Assembly (NCBI RefSeq): GCF_009914755.1
Contig: NC_060932.1
Reading direction: 5' to 3' (one strand)
Origin: the human T2T-CHM13v2.0 reference genome, Homo sapiens
Length of the DNA: 64,000 nt
The notes beneath the pieces were generated by a model. That model was not told the DNA's origin. It saw nothing but the letters and a program-made list of their open reading frames with translations, and searched no databases. Position numbers and translations under genes: made by a program. Positions 20,737 through 35,760 of the stretch are shown piece after piece. Every line of letters begins with the position of its first letter. Positions within the stretch are counted from its first letter, which is position 1.

Positions 20737-22799
20737 ACATAACGTATTTACAATACCGCCTTCTCTTGCCCCGCCCATCGTATTCCTTCCTTTCTTCAAA
20801 GGCCCATCTATCCTGTCAAGGAGCCTTAATTGATTTGCACCCTGCCTCTGATCACTGCCTTCTGTGCTCAATTTAGAGAAAACTGGTGAGATAAATCAGT
20901 CATCAATCAATTAACCAATCAATCAATACTAATGAACTATTTTAAAGCACCCAACATAATTTCTGGGAGGTAGAGTGGGGAATAGATAAATATAAAAGGC
21001 AGTGCCTTCCCAAAAGGAGTTTACCAGTAGTTGAGGAGACAAGCCTAACATGGGCAAACAATGCTAAAAAGTACCTAGGTCTAGTTTAAAATAATGTTGC
21101 ACACCATACATGCTACAGATGCTTTAAAAAGTTGCCTATCAATAGGAGCTTTAAATAAAACTTTCCTGAGAAATAGAACTTTCATGGGACATTAAGAAGG
21201 AAAGACAGATATGGAGAATGATTGAATGAAGTATTCAGCAAGTATAAATGCAGCCTAAGAAGTGGAAATTAGCATCGTATCGTTTTTTTCCAAATAAGAA
21301 TGAAGAGATGAACTTAGTGAGGACAATTTTGTGAGGAGTTAGGGAGTTGGGGATCTGGTTGCAAGCTCAGGTAAGCCTGATGATGCTTTGTTCCTTACCC
21401 TGAGAGACATTTTACCAAAAACACTGACAGACATTCCTGATAGATTAACCAATACCAAACGTTTTTGAATCCTATTCTTATTTGCCACACACGTTTAGTC
21501 AGGATCTCAAGGATTCATCAGTAGCAGCAGAAACTTTAATGTAGGGTTAATATATTTGAGAGGTCATTCTTAAGAAAAGTCTAGGCAATAGGCCCTCAGG
21601 TAGTGAATTATTCTGTAGGATTCATTGTTTTTTGTTTCATTTTGTTTTGTTTTGTTCTTTTTTCATTTTTCTATTTTTCTCCATAGGATTCTTGATAGGT
21701 TTCAATCACACACCTTCCCATGGGTATTTCCATGGGCAACCCACCCCTTCTCTTCAGCAGTAAACTAACAACTACATACCAGTGAACATCACAGGTATAA
21801 ACCACCTTTCTTCTTTTAAGGAATTAGTATGCAAACTTTAGTACTCTTTTCCTAGTAACAAATAACTGCTGTATCAGATTGTGTCACAAGGCAGCTGCTT
21901 TGACTTATTGCTCTGTAGCTGGGGTCAGCCTCTTCAGAACATTGTTAATGAGAGAAAGGAAGTGCTTTGGGCAGTGTCTGGCCCATCAGGCCCTCTGTAA
22001 ATGTTTGCTATTAATGCAATGCTGAGATCCCAGTGAACAGAATCTGGCTTAGAAGAAGTGGGTATCCACGGTGCCCGAGCCTAATCTTACATCTTGGATT
22101 TGTAAGTGGCATTTATTGAGTTGAACATGAGCTTGAGCACGCGGTCACACATTCTTTCAGCAAACACTGGTTAGGCACCAGCTGCTACGTGCAAGCACTG
22201 CCCTACATGCTGGGACGCAGCTGTAGTAGGAATGAAATAACGCCAGCATTCCTGCATGCGGGCAGTGCGGGCCCTGTACAGAAAGGTACACGAGATAGGC
22301 ATCCTCACATCCATTGTCCTGGGAGGAAACTGAGGCTTTGAGAAACGGAGAACTTGCCGGGCCATTTGACTCTACGTCATCCCCTCCCCCATCAATGCCC
22401 TGAACAGCCTCCTGTACACCCTTAAGGAACTTACTTTGTAATGATTATTAAGAACTCAGCGAGACCCCGAGCATCACCTCGGCATATCGCATCCTTTCTC
22501 TAGAGAACCCCTAATGTTGGAAGGGATCAGAGCGCACCTCCTCCGCTCCTGGGAGCACCCCCTTCCTAATAATACCTTGGGGATGGGTCGGAAGGAAAGG
22601 AAAGGAGACGCGAGAGGTGTAGTCGATGTGCCTGCGAAGCCCAGGCTCCTCTGGAGATCCTTCCGTCCGTCCCTACAGGAGAAGGCTGGCCCGGGCTGCT
22701 CCACTCCCCGGAGCTGCAGACTGAGTCGCCAGGTTTCTGTGCCTTCAAAGCCCTGCGCGACGGCCACACCAAACACCCAAACCTTGGGCAGGGACCAAA

Positions 22800-22878
22800 C
22801 GGTCACTTCCCCGCCCTCCGGGCTCAATATGCAAATCCGAGCACCAGGAAGTAGCTGGGACCTCTCGGCCGAGCCCAG
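22800..22878 (+). promoter_or_regulatory. TATA-less core promoter with ETS, GC-box and octamer motifs
   Basis: CACTTCC 22804-22810, CCCCGCCC 22809-22816, perfect octamer ATGCAAAT 22829-22836, CAGGAAGT 22845-22852. Octamer and PEA3/ETS motifs are known features of the LYN promoter. Confidence 0.8.
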
Positions 22879-23155
22879 AGACAGCCAGTTCCTCTCCCGC
22901 CGCGCCGGGCCGCGCTGCCGCTCGCTCCCCGGCCGTGGCGCCTCCGGGCCAGACGCGCTGCAGCCTCCAGCCCGCGGCAAGCGGGGCGGCCGCGCCACCC
23001 CCGGCCCCGCGCCAGCAGCCCCTCGCCGCGCGTCCAGCGTTCCCGGCCAGCAGCCTCCCCATACGCAGGTCCTGCTGGGCCGCCCCGTCGCGCCCCCCAC
23101 TCTGAACTCAAGTCACCGTGGAGCTCCGCCGCCCCGAAACTTTCACCGCGAGCGG
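22879..23155 (+). other. LYN: Non-coding first exon (5'UTR) of LYN, Src-family tyrosine kinase
   Basis: GC-rich, ATG-free segment in a CpG island. It ends ...GAAACTTTCACCGCGAGCGG|GTGAGT (strong donor at 23156-23161). This matches my recollection of LYN mRNA (...CCGCGAGCGG GAAATATGGGATGT..., MGCIKSK). The 5' start (AGACAGCCAG) is approximate. Confidence 0.88.
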
Positions 23156-25961
23156 GTGAGTCCTCTGCGCGAGCCCAGGGGTGGGCGCGGGCACGCGGGC
23201 AGTGGGTGCAGGGGCCGCGGCTGTGCCACCAGCCGGAGTCCCGGGCGCAGGGTAGACTCGGGGCCGGGGGCATCGGCGCGGCCCGCGGCGGCTTCCTGGC
23301 CGCACCGCCTCTGGGCTCCGGCGGCGAAGGCTCTTAGATGTCTTCAGCCGACGGGTGACCGGGCCCGGGGGAGCCAGGGCGCGGGGACTGAGGCTCCGCA
23401 GGTGTCCGCCGCGGAGCCGCGCAGGGGAGCGGTGGGAGGTGCGGGCGCGGGGGCGGGCTCACCGCGTGTCCTTCCCGGTGAGGGCCCGAGGGCCGGCTGC
23501 TGTCCCTGCTCCGGCCGCTTCTCGCACACAGTGGGGAAGCCGCTGCCCTTGCGGAGCGGGCGCGCGGCGGGGATACTGGAGAGGACTCCTCGGATTGTGC
23601 AATCTGATCTCCCCTCTGGACCCTGGGTCTCCTGGCAGTGGGAGATGGGGCTCGGCCGGCGCCCTCTCGAGGCCCGCGGACAGTTGCCCTCCCTGGTGGC
23701 CCCGGGCAGGAGCGTGACGTCGAGGGGCTGCAGCGGAGGCTGGAACTCACCCTCCCGCTGCGGCGCCTCTCGGCCTGCCGAGGAGCAGTCCGGTGCTTTT
23801 GCCGGCTGAGAGGAAGCGAGAGTTATTTTAAGAATTCAGGGGTTGCCTTTCCTTCGCCTTGGGGGAAGGGCGTAAGAGTCAGTTCCCACTTTCCTGCATT
23901 CTCTGGGCCCATGGTGGCATCTTTTGCTTGCGGTGCATTCGTAACTTTCCAACAGCCTGCCTGTCATGTGGATTAGCGGTTGTGTTTTTGTATATCCGAG
24001 TGTGTTAATTATCCCAAATTCGCCCTTCTTCGCCAGCTCAGAATCTAGGCCTTGCACTTTTCTGGCTGTATATTTAGGGGACCGATTATTGAAATTCCCT
24101 GTTTGAGTTTCTTCATCTTTGAGAGAGCATATATACCTCAGGGGCTGTTTAGTACACACAAAGCCCCTAGTACGTACCAAGCATTTCATAAACGATGTTA
24201 CTGTTATTTATTGCAGTGAATTCTATTCATATAAATGAGGCTTCTTGGTTCTTTGCAGCTTGGTGATGTTGAAGCTAAGACTACCATGTCAGATTTAGCC
24301 ATCTGACCTTATTAGTAAATCTGCTTAATAAATACATGAGGGATTTGCTGTCCCAAAGCAGGGCCCAGTAGTCTGACTTTCCCTAAAGAACTAGCCAATA
24401 AACTGGTGGGCTACAGGGATGTTTTCTCTGTACAGCCAACACCTAAAGCCATGCCCTGGGGAATAGGCACTGCAAGAACCCAGGCCTTACTAAGCCCTTC
24501 TCTGTAAGAGTAAGCTTTGTTGGGAAAGGGTGGGATCCAGTTAGTCCCTCCATTCTCATTTGGAGGTAAGCAGGTAAGCGCTTTGAGGCCTGAATAAATT
24601 TCACTGGATCATAGAGTCTTTGGTGACTGGGCCTCTTTGGATGTAAATGTGTGGCCCTTTTGCTGAGTGAAGGATAGAGGGCAGCAGATGTAAGGGGAGA
24701 GAAAGTAGGAGCCAGGAACCTTGAGTTTTGGCCTCTTCCATCATTTAATATGCTGTGATTTGGGATAAGCCACTTGGGCCATTTATTCAGCCAAGATTTC
24801 CTTTATAGCAGCAGCCAGAGTTATATTGATTTGTCTGCAGGTTGATAGTCTGTATTAACCATTACAGTGGAAGCTCCATGAAAACTGCTTCATCTGTCTT
24901 GTCCAAAATGATAGCCCCAGTGCCTGGTACATAGTAGGTGCTCAGTTCGAGATTACTTGGAAGAAGGAATGAAGGCCTCCTGTGAGCTTGCCCTATGCAA
25001 AACTGAGGACATAGGGAGATGAAGAAATAGAGCTGGTCCCTAAGGTGTTTGAAGCCTACTGGCCCTTTCTGTTGTGGTTTCTAAAACGGGGATTTGAGAG
25101 GCTTTGTTGACTGTAAAGTTACCCAGCACTGAGTTACCCACATTTAGTGTGGGTAACTAAATGAGAGTCTCCACTCAGCACCGCTCTTCTCTACTTATTA
25201 CTGGAAGAGAGGTCCTGATGTGGGGTGGTTAAGATGTTTCCTGCAAAGGTAGTTGGCCCAATCCAGAAGACCTACATTATTTTAGAGTCATTGGTGTTAC
25301 AAAGGTAGGTCGAAACTTTGTAATCCCGCCCCTGCCCTCCAATAGCTTTCTTTTAGCAGAAAAGTGGTCCAGCACTGTTCAATGACTTTGAAAGCCTTTT
25401 ACTTCTATCTGCAATATTTGTTTTTAGATAAATCACCAAAAACATCTGAGATTCCAGTTGGTTCACATGACTATGTGGAGTTGTAACTTAACAAAATTAA
25501 ATCATATTATTCATGTACAAACCCATACTAACTTTATAAATAAGGACACCATGTATACATGCCCACAGCAGGGAACATTGTTATAAGCTCACTCCTACTG
25601 ATGATCTCAGTGATGCATGGATGAGTGTTAACATTGAAAGGCCACCACAATCATTAGTCAGGACATTGATCAATGTCACATTGATAGCAGAGATAGCCTC
25701 AGACCTTTACTGGCTCTTCCTAGTGATGATGGTGAAGGTGTTAGCACCTTTCATTTGTTCAGGGCTCTGAAGTCTTCCTGAACTCTAATTTCATTTGAAC
25801 CTCTTGTGGCTCCTATAGGATGGAGAGGGACAGATACAGAAAAAGATTCAGGGGGTTGTCTAAGGTCACAGGCTTGGTTAAGCGGTACCATTAGGAGTAG
25901 TAGGTATGTTTTTTGGCTCTTTCTACTTGTCCACCTTTGGACTTGTAGTGTGTGCTCAATT

Positions 25962-26315
25962 ACAAATGCCTCTCAACTTATGATGAGGCTGTGTCCCAAT
26001 AAACCCAATCGTAAGTTGAAAATACTGAAAGTAGAAGATGCATTTAATACACTTAACCTACTAAACATTATAGATTAGCCTAACCTACCTTAAACATGGT
26101 CGAAACACTCACATTAGCCTACTGTTGGACAAAATCATCTGACACAAAGCCCATTTGATAATAAAGTGTTGAATAGCTCATGTAATTTATTGAATACTGT
26201 ATTAAAAGTGAAAAATGAAATGGTTGTATGGGTACTTGAAGTACAGTTTTTATTGAATGCCTAATGCTTTTGCACCATCGTAAAGTTGAAAAATCATTAA
26301 GTTGCAGACCATCTG
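25962..26315 (+). mobile_element. MER47A-like TcMar-Tigger MITE
   Basis: CAACTTATGATG...CCCAATAAACCCAATCGTAAGTTGAAAAT...GCACCATCGTAAAGTTGAAAAATC...ACCATCTG. Confidence 0.8.
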
Positions 26316-27134
26316 TGCTTAAAAGCAAATAAATAGGTCATTTAACAAACATTTTAAAAGTGAAATCATGAGTTAATTTTCTTTTATCACTTGGTAATTG
26401 TCTGAACTAAGTGGCTAACTGCTCAGGACATAGCAGATGCACCATCAAGCTGGGCACTTCAAGCTGTCTTCTAGAAATGAATTTCTGTGCTTTTTAGCAC
26501 TGCTTTTTGCTTGGGGGTGGGAAAGGGTGGTCTCCAGTAACTGCTAAGATGACACCTATACTGGCTGCTGTCCGAGCAGCCCTAGTGACTGTCTTGGGGG
26601 CAATCAGTTGCTTAATGGTTAATACAGAAGTACCTGAGTAATACTTTGCAAAAGGACTTTCCCCGACCTGTGCTGGGAGTGTCTCCCTGTAAACTTTGCC
26701 AACCTCCTGGTTGTTTTATCAGTGAGAGCATCATTTAAGTGAAAATATAAATTAAGGAGACAGGGCTCATAGGACGCACATTAAAACACCTGATCATTTT
26801 GAGCACCTGCTGTGTGCAAGGCACTGTTCTAGGCCAACAGTATAGATATACATTGCCTCCCATCTTTTAAGGCTGATAATGAAGAGAAGAACATGGAAGA
26901 GGAAGTTGTTGGGTTTTTTTTTTCCAGTCAGAAATACTGAAAGATTTCTTACAGCTGTCTGGTTTCCTGATACTTAAATTGTGAAACTTTAAGTTCACTC
27001 CATTATCATTTCTAAAATTTATTTTGAATAAGTTCCCTTTCGGGGGAGATACCCATGTGTAGAGAATGGTATGGAAATCTGCCAATGGAGGGATTAGAAA
27101 TTTTGTCAGTTTAAAGACTTGGACCTTTTGAGAT

Positions 27135-27803
27135 TTTTGTTGTTGTTGTTTTGTTTGTTCTTCTTTTCTGAGATGAAGGCTCACTCTGTCGCCCAGCCTG
27201 GAGTGCAGTGGTGCAATCTCAGCTCACGGCAATCTCCGCCTCCTGGGTTCAAGCAATCCTCCCTGCCTCAGCCTTCTGAGTAGTTGGGATTACTTACAAG
27301 CATGTGCCACCACACCCAGCTAATTTTTGTATTTCCTGTAGAAATGGGGTTTCATCATGTTGGCCAGGCTGGTCTTGAACTCCTGACCCCAAGTGATCTG
27401 CCCGTCTCGTCCTCACAAAATGCTGGGATTACAGGTGTGAGCCACTGCGCCTGGCCTTTCTGGGGTATATTTGGCTTAAGTTAGTTGGAAGGGCTCTCTT
27501 TATTTTTTATTCTGCCTCCCACTGAAGAGACAGAGTTCGCTCTTGTCACCCAGGCTGGAGTGCTTTGGCGTGATCCCAGTTCACTGCACCTCCATCTCCT
27601 GGATTCAAGTGATTCTCCTGCCTCAGCCTCCCTAGTAGCTGTGATTACAGGCGCCCGCCACCATGCCTGGCTAATTTTTGTATTTTTAGTAGAGATGGGT
27701 TTCACCATGTTGGCCAGGGTGGTCTTGAACTCCTGACCTTAGGTGAGCCCGCCTCGGCCTCCCAAAATGCTGGGATTACAGGTGTGAGCCACCGTGCCTG
27801 GCC
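27135..27803 (-). mobile_element. Two antisense AluS
   Basis: 27135-27456 and 27525-27803. Confidence 0.9.
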
Positions 27804-29794
27804 CTGTCTTGTAATTTAGAAGAGCAAGTTTAAATACTTGGGATGATGTATTAAAAAGCCTCATCCATGCTGACAAGAGCAGGGCCTGTAGTAGCCTTTG
27901 TTGTTTATCCCCTTCATCCTGTTCTGTACTTCATTTTCTCTCATTACTGAATTAGCTGGCAGCATTCCTTATTTGCCACAGAGCTATTTCTTAAAAGCTG
28001 TACTTACACTCAGGATACAGTTTTCCTTGGTATAGAACTCTTCCATGGCATTGCTCTTTCACTGAGCTTTATTAACCCTCAGGCTTCCAGTACCCCTTCT
28101 TCTGCTCTCCCCACTTCATTCCCTATCATCTTACAAAGGCTTCTTCAACCAGGAATTGGCATGAGCTGACCGTGTATGGGAAGAGATTGTCAGTTAACCT
28201 CATTATTGTAAATGCTCAGTGTTCAGAATGCTGCTACTTAAATGACATCCTATAGAACTGCATGAATCGGGATACATTTAAATAATCCAGTTAAGTGGCT
28301 GTTTCTTGATGGTTGAGGCTCTGCTTTTGGGTTGTAGAACACTGGGAAGAAGTCTTCACAGCTCAGATAGTTTTTTAGTTGGTCTCATTTCCTTTCTACA
28401 GTCCATGCTTCAGGCAAAGTTACATATTGCCTGCCTGCCCACACCTTTCTGTGAGCATCTGAAATCTTGCTCACTCCTCTTTATTGACACCAGACCATAC
28501 TGGTTGGAAGCTTCTTTCCAGTCCCCGCTTTCCTCCCTCCATTGGTAAAACATCTGGTGGGGAGGTCTTCGTGTGGTCTTTGGGCCTACCCTTGGGCGCT
28601 GGTACAGTGAGACTGGAGAGATGGGTGTGTATTCATTCTGCCTCCCACTGAAGCAATGACGTCTTCTTGGTGTTTGGGTCTCTGGGTGCCCCCACTCTTC
28701 CTGTAAATGTTAACCCCCACGGAGGTGAGGGGAATGGAGAAGCTTATCTCAGAGAGGCTCTCTGGAGAGGGAGGACCACTTCTGCTTTCCAGGGGGAAGC
28801 TGTGTCACGGAGAGCAGAACTGTAGCCCGATGCTGGAGAGAAAAGGCCCCAGAGGAGGCAGGCAAGGAAGTGATACTTCCTCCACCCCAGGCCCCTGGGT
28901 CATTTGCCTGCAGCCCCACCTTCCTTACCACCCAATGCTGCGTTTTCCTCGGGGTTCTTTCTACCCTCTGCTGCCCTCTGCATTTTCGGTTTGCCCTTAA
29001 GTGAGGGGTGGGGCGGGGTGGGAGAGAGGAGCAGTCTAGAGTCTTAAGGGCAGAGCCTGCTTTGCGAAGCCCACCCTGGCCATGCCTGACTTTTTCAGCA
29101 ACGGAAAAATGTACATTTTGAAATTCCCCGTCATGGAAAGTGTTATGAAACTCTTGGGTAGACGTTTCGAAATCTTTTAATGTTCAGGCTACATAATAAT
29201 TTTTAAATACTAACTATAATAATTCAGGACTATTTTAAAAATTGTTAAATTCCTTGTTAAATTCTTGGGATAGAACAGTGGCTGTCAAACATCTTTTTTT
29301 TTTTTTTTTTGAGATGGAGTCTCGCTCTGTCGCCCAGGCTGTAGTACAATGGTGCAATCTCCACTCACTGCAACCCCTCCTCCCAGGTTCAAGCGATTCT
29401 GCTGCCTCAGCCTCCCGAGTAGCTGGGATTACAGGCATGCACCAATGCACCACCATGCCCGGCTAATTTTTGTATTTTTAGTAGAGACAGGGTTTCATCA
29501 TGTTGGCCAGCCTGGTCTCGAACACCTGACCTCAGGTGATCTGCCTGCCTCGGCCTCCCAAAGTGCTGGGATTACAGGCATGAGCCACGCGCCCAGCCTG
29601 TCAAACTTATTTGACCACAACCCATAGCAAGAAACATTTTACCTTGTGCTCAAATACACATATCTGTAGGCAAAACAAAATAGAAAAAGGAAAATACAAT
29701 CTGGTGGAACAGCCCCTCCCCTTAACTTGCAGGGGAATGTGGCCTGGAGCAGCTTTTCTGAGGTAGGATTGGCCAGCTCCATCAGAGTTTGTTT

Positions 29795-30062
29795 GTTCTG
29801 ATGCATAATAGATATACATAGTTTCAGGGCACATGTGATAATTTAATACATCATATAATTTGTAAAGATTAAATCAGTATTTGCGATAGCCATCACCTTA
29901 AATATTTGTTTTCTTTTTAAATGCTGAATCTTTTGAATTCTTCTAGCTGTTTTGAAATGCACAATAGTTAATGGTGAACTCTAGTCACCCTACCAGGTCT
30001 TATTTCTTCTATCAAACAGTATATTTGTATCCATTAATCAACATATTTTCATCCCCCCTTCC
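29795..30062 (-). mobile_element. L1MA 3' end fragment
   Basis: CATCACCTTAAATATTTG...CTAGTCACCCTAC...CCATTAATCAAC, typical L1MA 3'UTR. Confidence 0.75.
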
Positions 30063-30539
30063 AACGTACAGAGATGGGCAGTCCAATAGGGAGGTTTATT
30101 AAACAAACACAAATTAAGTCACATTCATATAATGGGATACTTTGTAAATATCTTAAAAGATAAAACATTCAATTACAGTTACTAATATGAAAAATTTTTT
30201 TTCAAAAGCTGAACACGGCCAGGCGGCCAGGCGCAGTGGCCCTTGCCTGTAATCCCAGCACTCTGGGAGCATGAGGCAGGAGGATTGCTTGAGCTCAGGA
30301 GCTCGAAATCAGCCTGTGCAATTTGTCTCAAACAAACAAACAATAGCAAAAGAGCTGAACACAAACTAGTAGATGACATGATACCATTTCTGAAATAAAA
30401 TATTCATATATGGACACATCATCTATAAACTGCATTTCAAACAATTTTTATACTAAGATCTTAATAGTGATTATTTCTGGGTGACAGTTGAGTGCTGTTT
30501 TTACTTCTGTACGTCTTTATATTTAAAAGAATGAGCATC

Positions 30540-30785
<246 letters not shown>

Positions 30786-32983
30786 TGAGTAGCTGGAATT
30801 ACAGGCACACACCACCATGCCCAGCTACTTTTTGTATTTTTAGTACAGACAGGGCTTTGCTGTGTTGGCCAGGCTGGTCTCGAACTTCTGGCCTCAAGTT
30901 ATCCGGCTGCCTCAGCCTCCCGAAATCCGGGGATTACAGGCATAAGTCATTGCGCCTGGCTCCTTATATGATTTTAAAACGGCAGGATATAAGGAGCAAT
31001 GGAATGAAGCCAGTGGGACTGCAGAAGGCAGGTGGAAGCAGACAGGGAACTTTGGAGCTAGAGTGACTTGAAGGACGCTTGATGGATATAATTGTAAGAG
31101 TCCTGTCTCAGGAGAGCTGATGCGCTGTAAATGTTGTAAATAGAACATTTTCTTAAAGAACCTTCCACTGCTATGTTTAGTATTCAGTTTAGCAAACTTT
31201 TCCTGGGTAGCTACTGGGAGTCCCGCACAGTGTTAGGAGTTGGGGTACACACCTGCCATGTTGGTGGAAATCCTGAAGGGAGTGGGCCACACACCCTGGA
31301 AGAAGGGGCTTTCCTGAGGAAGGACAGCCTGACTATGCAGGGGTCATTCCACATTACCAGAGCTTGTTCCAGAGAGGCAGTGGGAGGCTCCACAGGCAGG
31401 CTTGGAGGGTGCTTGGCCCTAATACTAAATGTTGGACTTCATGGCATTAACGAAGGGGAATCACTGGAGCCTTTTAGTATGAAGCTAATCTTTTTGTCCA
31501 TCACAGGCAACTTCTTGCCTACACTCTTTTACAATATGGCATTTATGACATAGCCAAGAGCGAAGACACGTTGAACACTGACTTAATGCTTTGAGTAGGT
31601 GGAGAGTTGAATGACTCAAGGCTACTTCTCTAGAGATTAATTTGAAGCTAGAAAGTAACATTTATTTCTGTTTTCTGTGACAGCAATAGGCTTCAGCTTG
31701 TAATCGTCATCTGCAAGTAGGTACTTGACACCTCCCCTAAGTGACCTGGAGAGTGACAGATACAGTAATGGGCACAATCCTTGGTTTTTTGTTTTGTTTT
31801 GTTTTTGAGACAGAGTCTCACTCTGTCATCCAGGCTGGAGTGCAGTGGTACGATCTCACTCACCAGGGATTTGGCCACCACGCCTGGCCGAATCCCTGGT
31901 TTTAAGCAAAATTTTAATATGGAGTTTATGGTTGTTGGTATAATGAAATGCGGCACCATAGCAGTTGATTTTTGTCTTTCAGAACCACACTGGCTTTTTG
32001 TATTATTTCAAATTTGATAGATGCCCAATGTATGTAACAAAAATTTTCCCTCACGTGTATTTCTTTCTTTATTTATTTGTATGTTTTGAGATGGGGTCTC
32101 ACTCTGTCGCCCAGGCTGAAGTGCAGTGGTGCTATCTCGGCTCACTGCAACCTCCACCTCCCAGGCCCAAGCCATCCTCTCACCTCAGTACTGGGTAGCT
32201 AGGATTACAGGCCCCGCCACCAGGCCTGCGTAATTTTTTTGTTTTTTGGGAGGCCAAGGCAGGAGGATAATTTGAGCTCAGGAGTTTGAGACCAGGCTGT
32301 AACCCCAGGCAGGAGTACAGTGGTGCAGTCATAGCTCACTGCACCCTTGACCTCCTGGGCTCAAGCCATCTTCCCACTTCAGCCTCCAAGTAGCTGGGAC
32401 TACAGGTGTGTGCCACTATGCCTGGCTTATTTTTTGTAGAGATGGGGTTTGGCCATGTTGGCCAGCCTGGTGTCAAACTCCTAAGCTCAAGGGATCCACC
32501 TGCCTCAGCCTCCCAAAGTGCTGTGCTGGGATTACAGGCGTGAGCCACCACACCCAGCCCAAGTATATTTATCGAGTGCTGTATGTCATGATAGTGGGTG
32601 GTTTGGGGGAATACCAACATAAATAAGTGGGAGGTTTCTATCCTAGAGGAGTTTATTGTGCTCTGTTCTCTCTGGATTGTTCACAAACCAGAATGCCGAT
32701 CAAAGACTTTGCTAGGGTTGTGGGTGGGCGACTTGCTCAGGAGATCCCTGGCACCCAAATGAGTGCCCAGAAATCACTCTGAATGGTCAAAAGTAAGGCA
32801 GGGCAGGGCGGTAGAGCACAGGGTGTCGAATTAATTTCATGTGGGGGCTGAAATCCCAGGTCTGTCCCTTCCTAACTGTGGGCTGCTGCTGGCAAGGTGC
32901 TGGCCTTGCTAGCCTCAGAGTCCTCATGTTTAAACCTCAGCAGTTTGTTGTGAGTGTTCTAGGTTACAGTGGATTCCAAACTA

Positions 32984-33213
<230 letters not shown>

Positions 33214-33394
33214 TTACTCAGAGTGCAGTGATGTAATCCTATAGTCTCAACTACTCAGGAGACTGAGGCAGGAGGATTGCTTGAGCCCAGGAGATTGAGG
33301 CTGCAGTGAGCAATGATTACACCACCACACTCCATCCTGGGTGACAGAGCGACAGCCTGTCTGTAAAATAATAATAACAATAATAAAAAGAAAG

Positions 33395-34775
<1,381 letters not shown>

Positions 34776-35191
34776 GAATGAAAAAAAAGTTGCTTGATGA
34801 GCAGATACGTGTACAAATAGACAGAGGTGTCCTTGAGGATATTTCATTAAGTTTGATAAATTGCCCTTCTTCTGGCTGGGTATTTACCTACCAAGCAGAC
34901 GGGTGTTCACTTTTTTGGCAGAGAGAGGACAGGATCTTTACTCTTCGTCATTTAATACATGGCCACGTGGATTGCTGGCTGACAGTATATTGAAATGGCT
35001 GTGATGTGGGAGAGGGAATGATAATGGAGAAATTTACAAAGGCAGAGATTGTGGATTACAAAGTAAGGAGAAACTTCTAACCATCAAAGCTGCCTGCATG
35101 GGTCCTGGAGAAGGGTCCTTCTCCATCATTAAATGTTTGTCAGCAAAGGCTAAGAGATTCTTACAAGACCTTTTAGAAAAGGTTGCATTAA

Positions 35192-35760
<569 letters not shown>

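Larger units (their letters stand above)
22750..23810. promoter_or_regulatory. CpG island spanning LYN promoter, exon 1 and start of intron 1
   Basis: Abrupt very high GC and CpG density against CpG-depleted flanks. Confidence 0.95.

Noticed and set aside
22514-23809. 431-aa ORF and overlapping long ORFs across the CpG island
   Set aside because: Low-complexity Arg/Gly/Pro/Ala translation expected from stop-poor GC-rich DNA. It runs through the promoter and the splice donor and resembles no protein I recognise.
25595-25740. TGATGA motifs suggestive of a C/D box snoRNA
   Set aside because: No properly spaced terminal CTGA with flanking stem, and no recognisable rRNA antisense element.
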